A stretch of DNA of 20,000 nucleotides from an uncultured Nitrososphaerota archaeon (GCA_964518475.1 CAZFGR010000001.1:234062-254061), one strand, 5' to 3'. Shown: positions 6,827 to 15,888, counted from the first letter of the stretch. The notes: generated by a model from the sequence alone, not told the origin. A program made the numbers and translations.

Positions 6827-7408
6827 GTGTCTCTCTTGTTAATAGAAGTTAGCTGGCTTGGTCGCGGTGGTCAAGGCGCTGTAACAGCTTCTCGGCTTCT
6901 TGCTAAAGCATTAGTTAAGGAAAACTTATGGGCTCAATCAATAGTCTTCTTTGGTGCAGAAAGAAGAGGTGCTCCGGTATACGCTTATAATAGGATATCT
7001 GATAAATACATAAAGTACCATCATTTCGTGCACAATCCGGATGTAGCCATAGTATTTGATGAAAGCTTGCTCAAAATAACGAACATCCTTGACCAAATAA
7101 AAGAGTCTGGTACCCTAATTCTTAACTCCACTCGAGTCCCAGAAGATCTTATTGGCAATAGAAAGAAGCTAAAAATAGCCATCGTTAATGCAACGGATAT
7201 AGCATTGGAATTAGAGTTAACAGTTGCGGGGATACCTGTGGTCAATACTGCGATGATCGGAGCCTTTGCTAAGGTCATGAATATTCCATCGATAGATGCG
7301 GTAGTTGAAACAATAAAGGAAACGTGGCCAGGTAAAATGGGAGAGTTAAATGCTAAAGCAGCTAGATATGCTTACGAAAAAACAGAAGTTGTTCGTAATC
7401 TAGACTAA
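6827..7408 (+). CDS. porG: 2-oxoacid (pyruvate/2-ketoisovalerate):ferredoxin oxidoreductase, gamma subunit
   Basis: The GRGGQGAVTASRLLAKA motif is present, and the gene sits first in a gamma-delta-alpha-beta cluster. The start could instead be TTG 6836. Substrate specificity cannot be told from sequence. Confidence 0.85.
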   Translation: MSLLLIEVSWLGRGGQGAVTASRLLAKALVKENLWAQSIVFFGAERRGAPVYAYNRISDKYIKYHHFVHNPDVAIVFDESLLKITNILDQIKESGTLILNSTRVPEDLIGNRKKLKIAIVNATDIALELELTVAGIPVVNTAMIGAFAKVMNIPSIDAVVETIKETWPGKMGELNAKAARYAYEKTEVVRNLD

Positions 7409-7429
7409 TGAGATTTGGAGGTATTGTAA

Positions 7430-7696
7430 ATGAGCCAGCCTCATTTGTTATTACCAATCTCTCGTCCCAAAATAGGTGCAGGCGGGAAAACGGGAAGTTG
7501 GCGTGTTTTTAAGCCAATAATTGATAAAGAAAAATGCACTAAGTGCTATCAGTGCTGGATGTTTTGTCCCGAAGGAGCTATAATAGTAGGTAAAAGAGGC
7601 GATTACCCAAAAATAAACTATGACTACTGTAAGGGTTGCTTAATTTGCTACGATGTATGTCCCGTTAAAGCAATTTCTAAAGAGAAGGAGGAGTAA
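7430..7696 (+). CDS. porD: 2-oxoacid:ferredoxin oxidoreductase, delta (2x[4Fe-4S] ferredoxin-like) subunit
   Basis: It has two CxxCxxCxxxCP motifs, CTKCYQCWMFCP and CKGCLICYDVCP. Confidence 0.88.
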   Translation: MSQPHLLLPISRPKIGAGGKTGSWRVFKPIIDKEKCTKCYQCWMFCPEGAIIVGKRGDYPKINYDYCKGCLICYDVCPVKAISKEKEE

Positions 7697-7698
7697 AA

Positions 7699-8829
7699 AT
7701 GGCACGAACTGATGTGATTACTGGTAATGATGCAGCTGCTTGGGGAGCCCGTTTAAGCAGAGTAGAAGTAATTGCTGCCTATCCCATTACTCCACAAACA
7801 ACCATAGTTGAGACATTATCAAAATGGGTTGATACGGGGGAAATGAAGGCTAAGTTTATAACTGTAGAGTCCGAGCATTCCGCAATGGCCGCAGTTATAG
7901 GAGCCAGTGCAGCGGGAGCAAGAGCATTTACGGCAACATCGAGCCAGGGTTTCTTCTATATGTTCGAAATGGTGAGCTGGGCCGTCGGAGCTAGAGTACC
8001 CGTTGTCATGGCACTGGTTAATAGAGCTATGGGACCCCCTTGGAATATATGGGCGGATTGGAATGATGCCTTAGCAGCTCGTGATCTTGGATGGATAATG
8101 TTCTTCGCATCCAATAACCAAGAAGTCCTTGACACTATTATCCAAGCTTATAAAATAGCGGAAAATAGAGATGTACTATTGCCAGCAATGGTTTGCTTAG
8201 AAGGTTTCGTTTTAAGTCATACAACGATGCCCGTGATAATCCATGATCAAGAAAAAGTGGACGAGTTCCTCCCCTCCTATAATCCTCCCCACTACGTGGT
8301 AAATCCCAAGGTCTCAGAACCAATAACTTACGGTAATATCCTTTTCCCATGGGATTATGTAAAAGTACGTATGGCTATACAAAAAGCTATGGACAACGCT
8401 GTAAATGTTATTAGGAAGGTTTCAAGAGAATTCAAGGAAATCTTTGGACAATGGCACGGAGATCTCATAAAGGAATACCGCACAGATGATGCGGAGTATT
8501 TGATTGTTTCAATGGGAAGCGTGGCAGAAGAGGCAGAGACCGTTGTGGATAAATTGCGGGAGAAAGGTCTGAAAGTTGGTGCTCTTAAAGTTCGTGTATT
8601 CAGACCATTTCCAAAACAAGATATAGCAAGAGTTGCCGATGGTGTATCAAAGGTATTCGTAGTTGATAGAGATATCTCCTTTGGGTACGGAGGAATATTA
8701 GCTGGTGAGACAAAAGCAGTTCTTCACGAAGCAAAAATCGACACTCCAGTCAAAGAAATAATCCTTGGTATTGGCGGCGATGAAATCCTCCCAGAACACA
8801 TTGAGAAAGTAGTATTAGAGAATAGATAG
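7699..8829 (+). CDS. porA: 2-oxoacid:ferredoxin oxidoreductase, alpha subunit
   Basis: The N-terminus GNDAAAWGARLSRVEVIAAYPITPQT...ESEHSAMAAVIGASAAGARAFTATSSQG is typical of the POR/VOR alpha subunit. Confidence 0.9.
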   Translation: MARTDVITGNDAAAWGARLSRVEVIAAYPITPQTTIVETLSKWVDTGEMKAKFITVESEHSAMAAVIGASAAGARAFTATSSQGFFYMFEMVSWAVGARVPVVMALVNRAMGPPWNIWADWNDALAARDLGWIMFFASNNQEVLDTIIQAYKIAENRDVLLPAMVCLEGFVLSHTTMPVIIHDQEKVDEFLPSYNPPHYVVNPKVSEPITYGNILFPWDYVKVRMAIQKAMDNAVNVIRKVSREFKEIFGQWHGDLIKEYRTDDAEYLIVSMGSVAEEAETVVDKLREKGLKVGALKVRVFRPFPKQDIARVADGVSKVFVVDRDISFGYGGILAGETKAVLHEAKIDTPVKEIILGIGGDEILPEHIEKVVLENR

Positions 8830-8842
8830 TTTGGTGATAAAG

Positions 8843-9763
8843 ATGGCAAAAAACATATTGGGTGAAGTTATAGAAGCTGGGGAATATCTTCTTCCAGGCC
8901 ATACAGCTTGTCCTGGTTGTGGATCTGCATTAGCTTTAAGATGGGTTCTTAAAGCACTTGGTAAGGACACAATCCTTGTTATCCCGGCGAGCTGCTCTAG
9001 CGTGTATCAAGGAATATATCCATCATCTGCAATAAATGTATTCGTATTCAACGTAGCCTTTGCCTCTGCAGCTGCTGTCGCTTCGGGTATTTCGCAAGCG
9101 CTGGAAGCAAGAAACTTTAAAGATGTACATGTTGTTGTATGGGGAGGAGACGGGGGACTAGTAGATATAGGATTTGCTACTGTTAGTGGAGCAGCTGAGA
9201 GAAATGAGAATATTCTCGTAATCTGTTATGATAATGAGGCTTATATGAATACTGGTATTCAACGTTCAGGTAGTACTCCACCAGGTGCAATAACTACTAC
9301 GACTCCGCTAGGAAAAATTGTGGGTTTCAAGAAACCAGCTCCATTTATATGGCTTCTCCATGGTATCCCATATGTTGCCACTGCTAGTGTTGCGTATCCT
9401 CTAGATCTCTACCAAAAGGTCAAAAAAGCTGCTAAGATAAAAGGCTTTAAGTACATCCACATCTTTTCACCATGTCCACCAGGATGGCGCTTTGACGACT
9501 CAAAAACGGTTAGTGTTGCGCGATTAGCTGTCGAAACTGGTTATTGGATATTGTGGGAAGCTGAGAGAGTAAATGGAAAACTGAGATTTACACTCTCTCC
9601 GCCCTCAAAACCTTACCTAGATCCGTCAAAACGCAAACCAATAGAAGAATTCCTCAGATTGCAAAAACGCTTCTCACAATTTACAGAAGATAGCATAAAG
9701 CGTATCAAGGAGTTCATAGACTTTCAGTGGTCCCTAGTGAAAAAGTTCTTAGGTGAGGAATAG
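8843..9763 (+). CDS. porB: 2-oxoacid:ferredoxin oxidoreductase, beta (TPP-binding) subunit
   Basis: CPGCG and the GGDGG...YDNEAYMNTG thiamine-diphosphate motif are present. GGTGA lies upstream of ATG 8843; the track start at 8831 is a TTG. Confidence 0.9.
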   Translation: MAKNILGEVIEAGEYLLPGHTACPGCGSALALRWVLKALGKDTILVIPASCSSVYQGIYPSSAINVFVFNVAFASAAAVASGISQALEARNFKDVHVVVWGGDGGLVDIGFATVSGAAERNENILVICYDNEAYMNTGIQRSGSTPPGAITTTTPLGKIVGFKKPAPFIWLLHGIPYVATASVAYPLDLYQKVKKAAKIKGFKYIHIFSPCPPGWRFDDSKTVSVARLAVETGYWILWEAERVNGKLRFTLSPPSKPYLDPSKRKPIEEFLRLQKRFSQFTEDSIKRIKEFIDFQWSLVKKFLGEE

Positions 9764-9828
9764 CCATAAGTAAGTTTTGGGATACCATACCCCCATTTCG
9801 CTTACAATTTATTTTTTTCGGTGTTTTA

Positions 9829-10707
9829 ATGTCGAATTTTTTATTTGGACTCGTCTTCTCAAAGAAAGATCCGGTAAGTATGAACACCTTTAGAACACTT
9901 AGAGAATTTGTAAGTGATATCAGCTCTTGCGACGAGATACAAAAACTTAGTTCAATAGATTATGATCTATTTATCTCAAAAGAATTAAATGCTCTCCTTA
10001 TCGTGACTTCAGAAGATCTCATATATGCCGAGAATGTTAATAGCTTCAGGTGGTATGTGAATAGGTTTATCTTCGTTAGTCGTCATGAATCATCATCTCA
10101 TCTACCTAGTCTACTCACTCACTTTCCAGGTAATTGGTTAAGAGAAAATCCTCTCGGCGGAAATCCAGAAGAGCTTGGAGTAGCGGATCCTATATTTGAA
10201 AAAACGTATTTTCAGATGTTGCTAGAAACCGTTGAGGAATTCAACCTAGATGATAAATATCATGTCAGTTTAGAAGCTACTCATCATGGTCCTACATCCA
10301 TAGAAAAGCCAGTCACATTTATAGAAATTGGCAGTAGTCCCCAAGAGTGGAACGATCAAAAAGCGATCAAGACTCTTATTGAATCCCTAATAAAGACCTT
10401 GAAAACACTTTCTTGTAGTAACGTAAAGTATACAAAAGTAGCTGTGGGTTTCGGAGGCCCTCATTACGCCCCTACCTTTACGAAAATAGTTTCTCAAACA
10501 GACATCGCTATAGCACATATAGCATCAAGATACGTGATAGATAAGGCAACAGATACTATTCTCTTAAATGCTTTAGAGAAATCCTATACAAAACCCACGA
10601 TGATTTTGTTAGATTGGAAAGGACTAAGAAAAAGCCAGCGTGATCGATTACTAAGAATATTCTCCAACACCAATCTTGAAATTCTAAAAACAAAGGCCTT
10701 GCTCTGA
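9829..10707 (+). CDS. dtdA: D-aminoacyl-tRNA deacylase, archaeal type (DTD2/DtdA)
   Basis: The motifs SRHESSSHLPSLLTHFPGNW, SLEATHHGPT, FIEIGSSPQEWND and GFGGPHYAP match the DTD2 family pattern. Confidence 0.8.
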   Translation: MSNFLFGLVFSKKDPVSMNTFRTLREFVSDISSCDEIQKLSSIDYDLFISKELNALLIVTSEDLIYAENVNSFRWYVNRFIFVSRHESSSHLPSLLTHFPGNWLRENPLGGNPEELGVADPIFEKTYFQMLLETVEEFNLDDKYHVSLEATHHGPTSIEKPVTFIEIGSSPQEWNDQKAIKTLIESLIKTLKTLSCSNVKYTKVAVGFGGPHYAPTFTKIVSQTDIAIAHIASRYVIDKATDTILLNALEKSYTKPTMILLDWKGLRKSQRDRLLRIFSNTNLEILKTKALL

Positions 10708-10880
10708 ATTAGTGTTATTTTCTTAATTCCATAAACCATCCTTAGCTTATACTTTTCTAGTTTCTTAAGTGCATCTGAGTTAATAAGAATGAAAAATCCC
10801 AGCTCTTAACTATAAAAGTTTCGTCAAGAATGAGCCATAAATCTTAGATAAGGTTTTTAGGTGGCGGAAATGCCTGATTT

Positions 10881-11504
10881 TCAACTTCTTTGTTGCTTTT
10901 TCTTTAGTTCTATCATTTTCGCTTGGATATAGTCAAAAATTACTTTTGCTAAAAAGTTGAATGCTTTGTCGATGTTTTCGCCAGTTTTTGCTGAAGTTTC
11001 TATATAGGGGATTGTAACTCCCACTTGTCTACTAGCAAGTTCGGCATATTTATAACCAGCTTCTGACGGAACTACGTCCTTTGCGGATCCTCTTAGATCT
11101 ATCTTATTACCAATAAGAACAAAGGGCCACATCCCCCCAGCATGTCTCCAGAATTCGCTTATCCATTTCGGCACATTATAGTATGTCTTAGGATTAGTTA
11201 CATCAAAGACAACAAGAGCTGCTCTAGCGCCCTTGTAATAGAGTGGACGTACTTGGTCGAAAGTTGGTTGGCCCGCTAGATCCCATAAGAACCAGTTGAT
11301 AATGACTTCACCGACCCGCTCATCATAATATCTCTGAGACTTTATGTAAAAGTCAGCACCGATTGTCTTTTTGTACTCATGTATAAAACTTTTTCCTAAG
11401 AATCTACGCGCGATAGAAGTTTTTCCTACTCCACCATCCCCTATCAAGACAACCTTTATCTGTACTGCTTTAGGAGATGCTTTTCTTTTTGTTATATCAG
11501 ACAT
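10881..11504 (-). CDS. Rab/Ras-like small GTPase
   Basis: All five G motifs are present: G1 GDGGVGKTS, G2 KKTIGADF, G3 WDLAGQ, G4 GNKIDL and G5 ETSAKTGENI. There is no C-terminal Cys prenylation motif; the protein ends KKKQQRS. Confidence 0.85.
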   Translation of the reverse strand: MSDITKRKASPKAVQIKVVLIGDGGVGKTSIARRFLGKSFIHEYKKTIGADFYIKSQRYYDERVGEVIINWFLWDLAGQPTFDQVRPLYYKGARAALVVFDVTNPKTYYNVPKWISEFWRHAGGMWPFVLIGNKIDLRGSAKDVVPSEAGYKYAELASRQVGVTIPYIETSAKTGENIDKAFNFLAKVIFDYIQAKMIELKKKQQRS

Positions 11505-11825
11505 TTAATAGCCACCATTATACTGGATTTTTTTCATGAACTAATGATGATGTTCCTTTTTCTATTTTTAAAGTAATCACTTAAACTTTCTCATTGACAA
11601 GCATTTTTTATCAGCTCTATTCGAAATTAAAAAGTATTATGGTTGAAAGTTCTTTGCAAAAACTAACTATAAAGAGCCCTATTGGATATACAAGAAATTA
11701 TCCCCATTTTACAACCATCACAATTTTTATCTGGTATTCTTGATTACATTAATGATACGCTAGTATCCCATAGATAATCCACTAGAATATATTAGTACGG
11801 CTGTGTTTCTTTTTTAACATTAGTA

Positions 11826-11839
11826 ACACGCGGGCGTGT
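11826..11839. promoter_or_regulatory. GC-rich palindrome ACACGC-GG-GCGTGT just upstream of the TFB start codon
   Basis: This is a perfect 6+6 inverted repeat, 13 nt upstream of ATG 11852. It is the only GC-rich patch in a 347-bp AT-rich intergenic region. Confidence 0.25.
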
Positions 11840-11851
11840 AAGGCGTTAACT

Positions 11852-12745
11852 ATGCTTGAGTCAGATAATTCCGACTCCTCCATTATAAATGAAAATAATG
11901 AAAATTATGAAAAATGCCCTAACTGCGGATCCACTAACCTAAGTCTTGATAATAATGGAATGTTAGTTTGTTACAATTGTGGTTACGTGATAGAGAATAT
12001 TATTTTAAGTAGTGAATACGAGAAGCGAATTTTCAGTTCTGAAGATACTATTTTTTCATCACGAATCACACCTCCTACCGATCCTCTATTGAAACATTCC
12101 CGTATGGAATTATTACGAATGATTCAGAAAGAAGATAAAGAGCTGCTCTCTTATGAGCCCTCAGAGACCAGACTTAAAAGAAAACTTGAGGGCGTTATGA
12201 TTGAAGTCTGCAAAAATCTGCATTTACCATCATCTACGTTCAAAACTGCTCTAAACATGCTTATAAAGTATGCTCAAAGATACAGTATAAGAGAAAAGAA
12301 GCTAAAAGCCTTTGTAGCTGCTGCGCTCTACGTAGCTGCTCGTCAGACCGGTCATCCACAGCCTATAGATAAGATTCTTAAGAAGACCGGATTAAGCAAG
12401 AAAGAGTTCTCTAAAGCATTTAAATTGCTAAGAGAGCGATTAAAGCTTCACTTAGCTCCTATAAGTCCAGAACAATACGTAATATCTTTTGGAAAAGAGT
12501 TAGGTCTATCGGGTAAAGCTATAAAATTAGCAATAAAGATTTTGAAACATGCCTATGAATATGGTTTAACAATAGGGAAAGATCCAGCTGGTCTTGCAGC
12601 TGCTTCTCTCTTCGCTGCTTCTATCGCGACTGGCGAGCATAGAAGCCAGAGGAGGATAGCGGAGATAGCCTCTATTACAGAGGTTACGGTGAGAACCCGA
12701 TACAAGGAGTTGAAAAAATACATTACACAACTTAGTATATTGTAA
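11852..12745 (+). CDS. tfb: Transcription initiation factor B (TFB/TFIIB)
   Basis: An N-terminal Zn ribbon CPNCGS...CYNCGY is followed by two cyclin-fold repeats (AAALYVAARQTGHPQPIDKI; AGLAAASLFAASIATGEHRSQRRIAEIASITEVTVRTRYKEL). The B-reader region is divergent, with EYEKRIF in place of PEWRAF. Confidence 0.88.
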   Translation: MLESDNSDSSIINENNENYEKCPNCGSTNLSLDNNGMLVCYNCGYVIENIILSSEYEKRIFSSEDTIFSSRITPPTDPLLKHSRMELLRMIQKEDKELLSYEPSETRLKRKLEGVMIEVCKNLHLPSSTFKTALNMLIKYAQRYSIREKKLKAFVAAALYVAARQTGHPQPIDKILKKTGLSKKEFSKAFKLLRERLKLHLAPISPEQYVISFGKELGLSGKAIKLAIKILKHAYEYGLTIGKDPAGLAAASLFAASIATGEHRSQRRIAEIASITEVTVRTRYKELKKYITQLSIL

Positions 12746-12865
12746 GAACTATGAGGCATATTTATATAAGTATTTAATATTATTGACAAACAAGATCTTC
12801 AAACAAGCGAAGAACTAGAGATTTATTGATACCTATCATCGAGGTTTTGTTTTAATTCTCGTCTA

Positions 12866-13543
12866 ATGACGACTTCGAGGCGAGAAAAATTGTTAGGAAA
12901 AGATAAGGAAGAGCACCCATTTGAATTCAAAATTGAGAACTGCGTTGGTTCGGCAAATTTAGGCATTACAATCGATCTACAAGAACTTTATAAAAGACTT
13001 CTAAAACTTCAGACAGAAATGCGTGAGACTGTAAGAGACACAGAAATGACTGAGGAGTGGCCGTTCTTAGTTAGACATCAGCCAAGAGAATTCCCCGGAC
13101 TAATTCTTAAGCTTCGATATAAGGTTCGGGCTAGCTTGTTAATTTTTAGCTCGGGTAATATTGTCATCACTGGCGCAAAAAGTAAAGAGGAGATAGAGAA
13201 GGTTGCTGAGATAATTGTTAATCTATTAAGAAGAGCTGGCTTTAACATTGAAAGAAAACCTAATATTGAATTACAAAATATAGTAGCTAGTGCGGATCTT
13301 AAAAAACCCATTAATCTTGAGTTAGTAGCCATGCTCGGAGGAGAAAACGTCGCTTACGAACCCGAAATTTTTCCTGGTCTCATTTATAGAATTGAAGAAC
13401 CTAAAGTGGTCTTACTCCTATTTAGGTCGGGTAAAGTAGTTTGTACTGGTGCAAAATCTCGAGAGATGATTATTGAAGCTTTAAAGATCATTGATGAAAG
13501 ATTAAGAGAAATGAATGCTTATGTTGAAGAGCTTGGTTTCTGA
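12866..13543 (+). CDS. tbp: TATA-box binding protein, atypical (insertion in the first repeat plus an N-terminal extension)
   Basis: There are two TBP repeats. The second, LQNIVASADL...YEPEIFPGLIYRIEEPKVVLLLFRSGKVVCTGAKS, is canonical. The first, IENCVGSANL...REFPGLILKL...LLIFSSGNIVITGAKS, carries about 18 extra residues between helix H1 and strand S2. Confidence 0.85.
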   Translation: MTTSRREKLLGKDKEEHPFEFKIENCVGSANLGITIDLQELYKRLLKLQTEMRETVRDTEMTEEWPFLVRHQPREFPGLILKLRYKVRASLLIFSSGNIVITGAKSKEEIEKVAEIIVNLLRRAGFNIERKPNIELQNIVASADLKKPINLELVAMLGGENVAYEPEIFPGLIYRIEEPKVVLLLFRSGKVVCTGAKSREMIIEALKIIDERLREMNAYVEELGF

Positions 13544-13884
13544 CCTTTTCTTTTTAAATAATATTTCAACCCTGCTTCTGGAATTTTTCTGATCCATTTA
13601 GCAACAAGATACTTTTTATCTCTCCACCATCTCCCGACCCCATAAGTTATTACGAAATCGCCTTCTGCAATAGAGTGTATGTTTGTTTTATCATATAGCT
13701 CTCTGTAAATCACAACTTCTATTATTTTATCAGGGATATCCAAATCTTCCAATATTACGGATGTCCCATCCTCCGATCTTACAATTTGTTTTACGCGTCC
13801 AATGATCTTAAGCGTTCTTGAGAAAGATTTTCGAGGGTCAAGATAGGTAAACTCATAAGGAGTTAGAAGAGGAGACGCACTCAT
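13519..13884 (-). CDS. OB-fold nucleic-acid-binding protein (RPA32/Stn1-like OB pattern)
   Basis: The pattern LKIIGRVKQIVRSEDGTSVILEDLDIPDKIIEVVIYRE...IAEGDFVITYGVGRWWRDKKYLVAKWIRKI resembles a tRNA_anti/RPA2-type OB fold. Its 3' end overlaps the TBP 3' end by 25 nt. Confidence 0.55.
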   Translation of the reverse strand: MSASPLLTPYEFTYLDPRKSFSRTLKIIGRVKQIVRSEDGTSVILEDLDIPDKIIEVVIYRELYDKTNIHSIAEGDFVITYGVGRWWRDKKYLVAKWIRKIPEAGLKYYLKRKGQKPSSST

Positions 13885-13945
13885 CGTTACCACGTATCAT
13901 CACAACGCACTAGATGATAACATAAGTGTAAAGAATAAATAGGTA

Positions 13946-14716
13946 CTATAGAGAAGTAATTGTCTTCTCTATTATCTTTATCACTTTAGGTTTCACACTA
14001 TCAAAAATTTGAAGAACCTCTTCATGAGAAACTCTGTCCTGAAGTCCTGCAGCATAATTTGTCACAATACATATTGTCGCATAGCAAATTTCTAGCTCTT
14101 TAAACAAAAAAACTTCTGGCACCCCGGTCATTCCAACGAGATCCCCTCCAATCATCGCAAAAAATCTTATCTCAGCTGGTGTCTCAAACCGAGGCCCTTC
14201 TGTACACACGTAAGTTCCCCCATCAAAAATTTCAACCCCAAGTTCTTTAGCTGCTGAAATAATTTTCTTGCGTAGAAATTCACAATAGGGTTCAGTTACA
14301 TCCGTATGGACTACTCCTTTCTTCTTTCTACCGTCAGGAAACTCTATTTCAAACTCACCATCAAAGAAGGTATATATTCTAGATTTTGTAAAATCAATTA
14401 CTTGATTTGGTACCACTAGGGATCCTGGAGGAAAGTCTTTTCTAATGGATCCCACAGCATTGGTAGCAATCACGTATTTTACTCCTAATTTGAACATAGC
14501 ATATGCGTTTGCCCGATAATTGATTTTATGTGGCGGAAGCTTATGGCCCTTTCCATGCCTAGCAATAAAAGCAACTCTTTTAGATCCGATGTTTCCCACT
14601 ACAACATTTACAGAGCCGAAAGGGGTCTTAACCAAAACCTCTTTCATAGATTCTAGAGAAAAGAACTCATAAAAGCCGGAGCCGCCTATCACTCCTACAT
14701 CTATTCGTGTGCTCAT
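13946..14716 (-). CDS. mtnP: S-methyl-5'-thioadenosine phosphorylase (MTAP)
   Basis: The motifs VGVIGGSGFY, FIARHGKGHKLPPHKINYRANAYA, TEGPRFETPAEIRFF and GDLVGMTGVPE are present. ATG 14716 is preceded by GGGGG. Confidence 0.85.
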   Translation of the reverse strand: MSTRIDVGVIGGSGFYEFFSLESMKEVLVKTPFGSVNVVVGNIGSKRVAFIARHGKGHKLPPHKINYRANAYAMFKLGVKYVIATNAVGSIRKDFPPGSLVVPNQVIDFTKSRIYTFFDGEFEIEFPDGRKKKGVVHTDVTEPYCEFLRKKIISAAKELGVEIFDGGTYVCTEGPRFETPAEIRFFAMIGGDLVGMTGVPEVFLFKELEICYATICIVTNYAAGLQDRVSHEEVLQIFDSVKPKVIKIIEKTITSL

Positions 14717-14835
14717 GTAGACCCCCAAATTATTGCCTTATCACTAAATGATTCTTAACAGGTTGATAAAAACTTTTAAGTGCAAACTTGGCAATTGATT
14801 AAAGCATAACGATTATCAGAAAATTGGTGTCGAGA

Positions 14836-15336
14836 ATGGGAAAAAGAGCAAAAGTTGAGATTCCTAAAGAATTACTAGAAAAGTTGACAAAGCCGAAAGA
14901 ATATAGACATTTGTTAAGATTAGTGCATGTGGATGTGCGGGGGGATATTCCATTATACTACGCTTTAACTCAGGTGAAAGGGATAGGTCCTGCATTAGCG
15001 AATGCTATTATAAAAGTGTTAAACCTTGATCCTAACATGCCAATTGGTTTTTTGAGTGATGAACAAATAAAAATGATTGAAGATGTAGCTAGAAATCCTA
15101 CAAAGTATGGCATACCTGGTTGGCTTGTGAATAGACCGCGAGATCCTCAAACTGGAGAAAATCTTCATTATATTGGTCCAGATTTAGTTTTAAGAATACG
15201 ACAGGACATTGAATTAATGAAGCAGATCAAATGTTGGAAAGGAATTAGACACGCTTTAGGTCTTAAAGTGAGAGGTCAGAGAACTAGAACTACTGGAAGA
15301 AAAGGTTTGACTGTAGGTGTGTCTAAGAGGAAATAG
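14836..15336 (+). CDS. rps13: 30S ribosomal protein S13 (uS13)
   Basis: The motifs RLVHVDVRGDIPLYYALTQVKGIGPALANAI and the C-terminal RGQRTRTTGRKG are present. The start could be 14824, 14827 or 14836. Confidence 0.9.
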   Translation: MGKRAKVEIPKELLEKLTKPKEYRHLLRLVHVDVRGDIPLYYALTQVKGIGPALANAIIKVLNLDPNMPIGFLSDEQIKMIEDVARNPTKYGIPGWLVNRPRDPQTGENLHYIGPDLVLRIRQDIELMKQIKCWKGIRHALGLKVRGQRTRTTGRKGLTVGVSKRK

Positions 15337-15348
15337 AGGTGAAACATT

Positions 15349-15888
15349 ATGGGCGATCCCAAAAAGCCTCGAAAAAAATATGAAACTCCCTCGCATCCAT
15401 GGCAAAAAGATAGATTAATTGAAGAATTAAGACTTGTTGGGCAATACGGTTTGCGAAATAAGAGAGAATTATGGAAATTTAAGACAATGCTTTCCGAGAT
15501 TCGAGGAAGAGCTAGACAGCTCTTAGCAGTTCCATCAGAAGAAAGAAAAGTTCAGGAAAAAGCGTTAATTCGCCGGCTATACGAGATGGGTATATTAGAT
15601 GAAGATGCCACACTCGATGATATTTTAAGCTTAACTGTGGAGGATCTATTGAAGAGAAGACTCCAAACAGTAGTTTATGAGTTAGGAATTGCACGTACAA
15701 TACATCAAGCAAGACAAATGATCGTTCATCGTCATATAACAGTAAACGGTAGAATAGTTACCTCTCCGAGCTATATTGTTAAGAGACACGATATTGTGGC
15801 TTTGCATCCTGGATCCCCATATAACAAACTATTAAGGGAAGCACAACAAACTCTAGAAGAATTAGAAAGCCAAGCTGAGGGAGCATAA
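15349..15888 (+). CDS. rps4: 30S ribosomal protein S4 (uS4)
   Basis: The N-terminus MGDPKKPRKKYETPSHPW and an S4 RNA-binding domain (ARQMIVHRHITVNGRIVTSPSYIV) are present. Confidence 0.92.
   Translation: MGDPKKPRKKYETPSHPWQKDRLIEELRLVGQYGLRNKRELWKFKTMLSEIRGRARQLLAVPSEERKVQEKALIRRLYEMGILDEDATLDDILSLTVEDLLKRRLQTVVYELGIARTIHQARQMIVHRHITVNGRIVTSPSYIVKRHDIVALHPGSPYNKLLREAQQTLEELESQAEGA

Noticed and set aside
11544-11550. C-box-like AUGAUGA in the Rab-like/TFB intergenic region
   Set aside because: No CUGA D or D' box lies within 70 nt downstream on that strand, and no terminal stem can form.
13895-13919. Inverted repeat TATCATC-N11-GATGATA between MTAP and the OB-fold gene; on the minus strand it contains GUGAUGA followed 12 nt later by AUGA
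   Set aside because: The AUGA is the OB gene's own start codon region and there are no C' or D boxes. It is probably just a small intercistronic hairpin, which I cannot interpret further.
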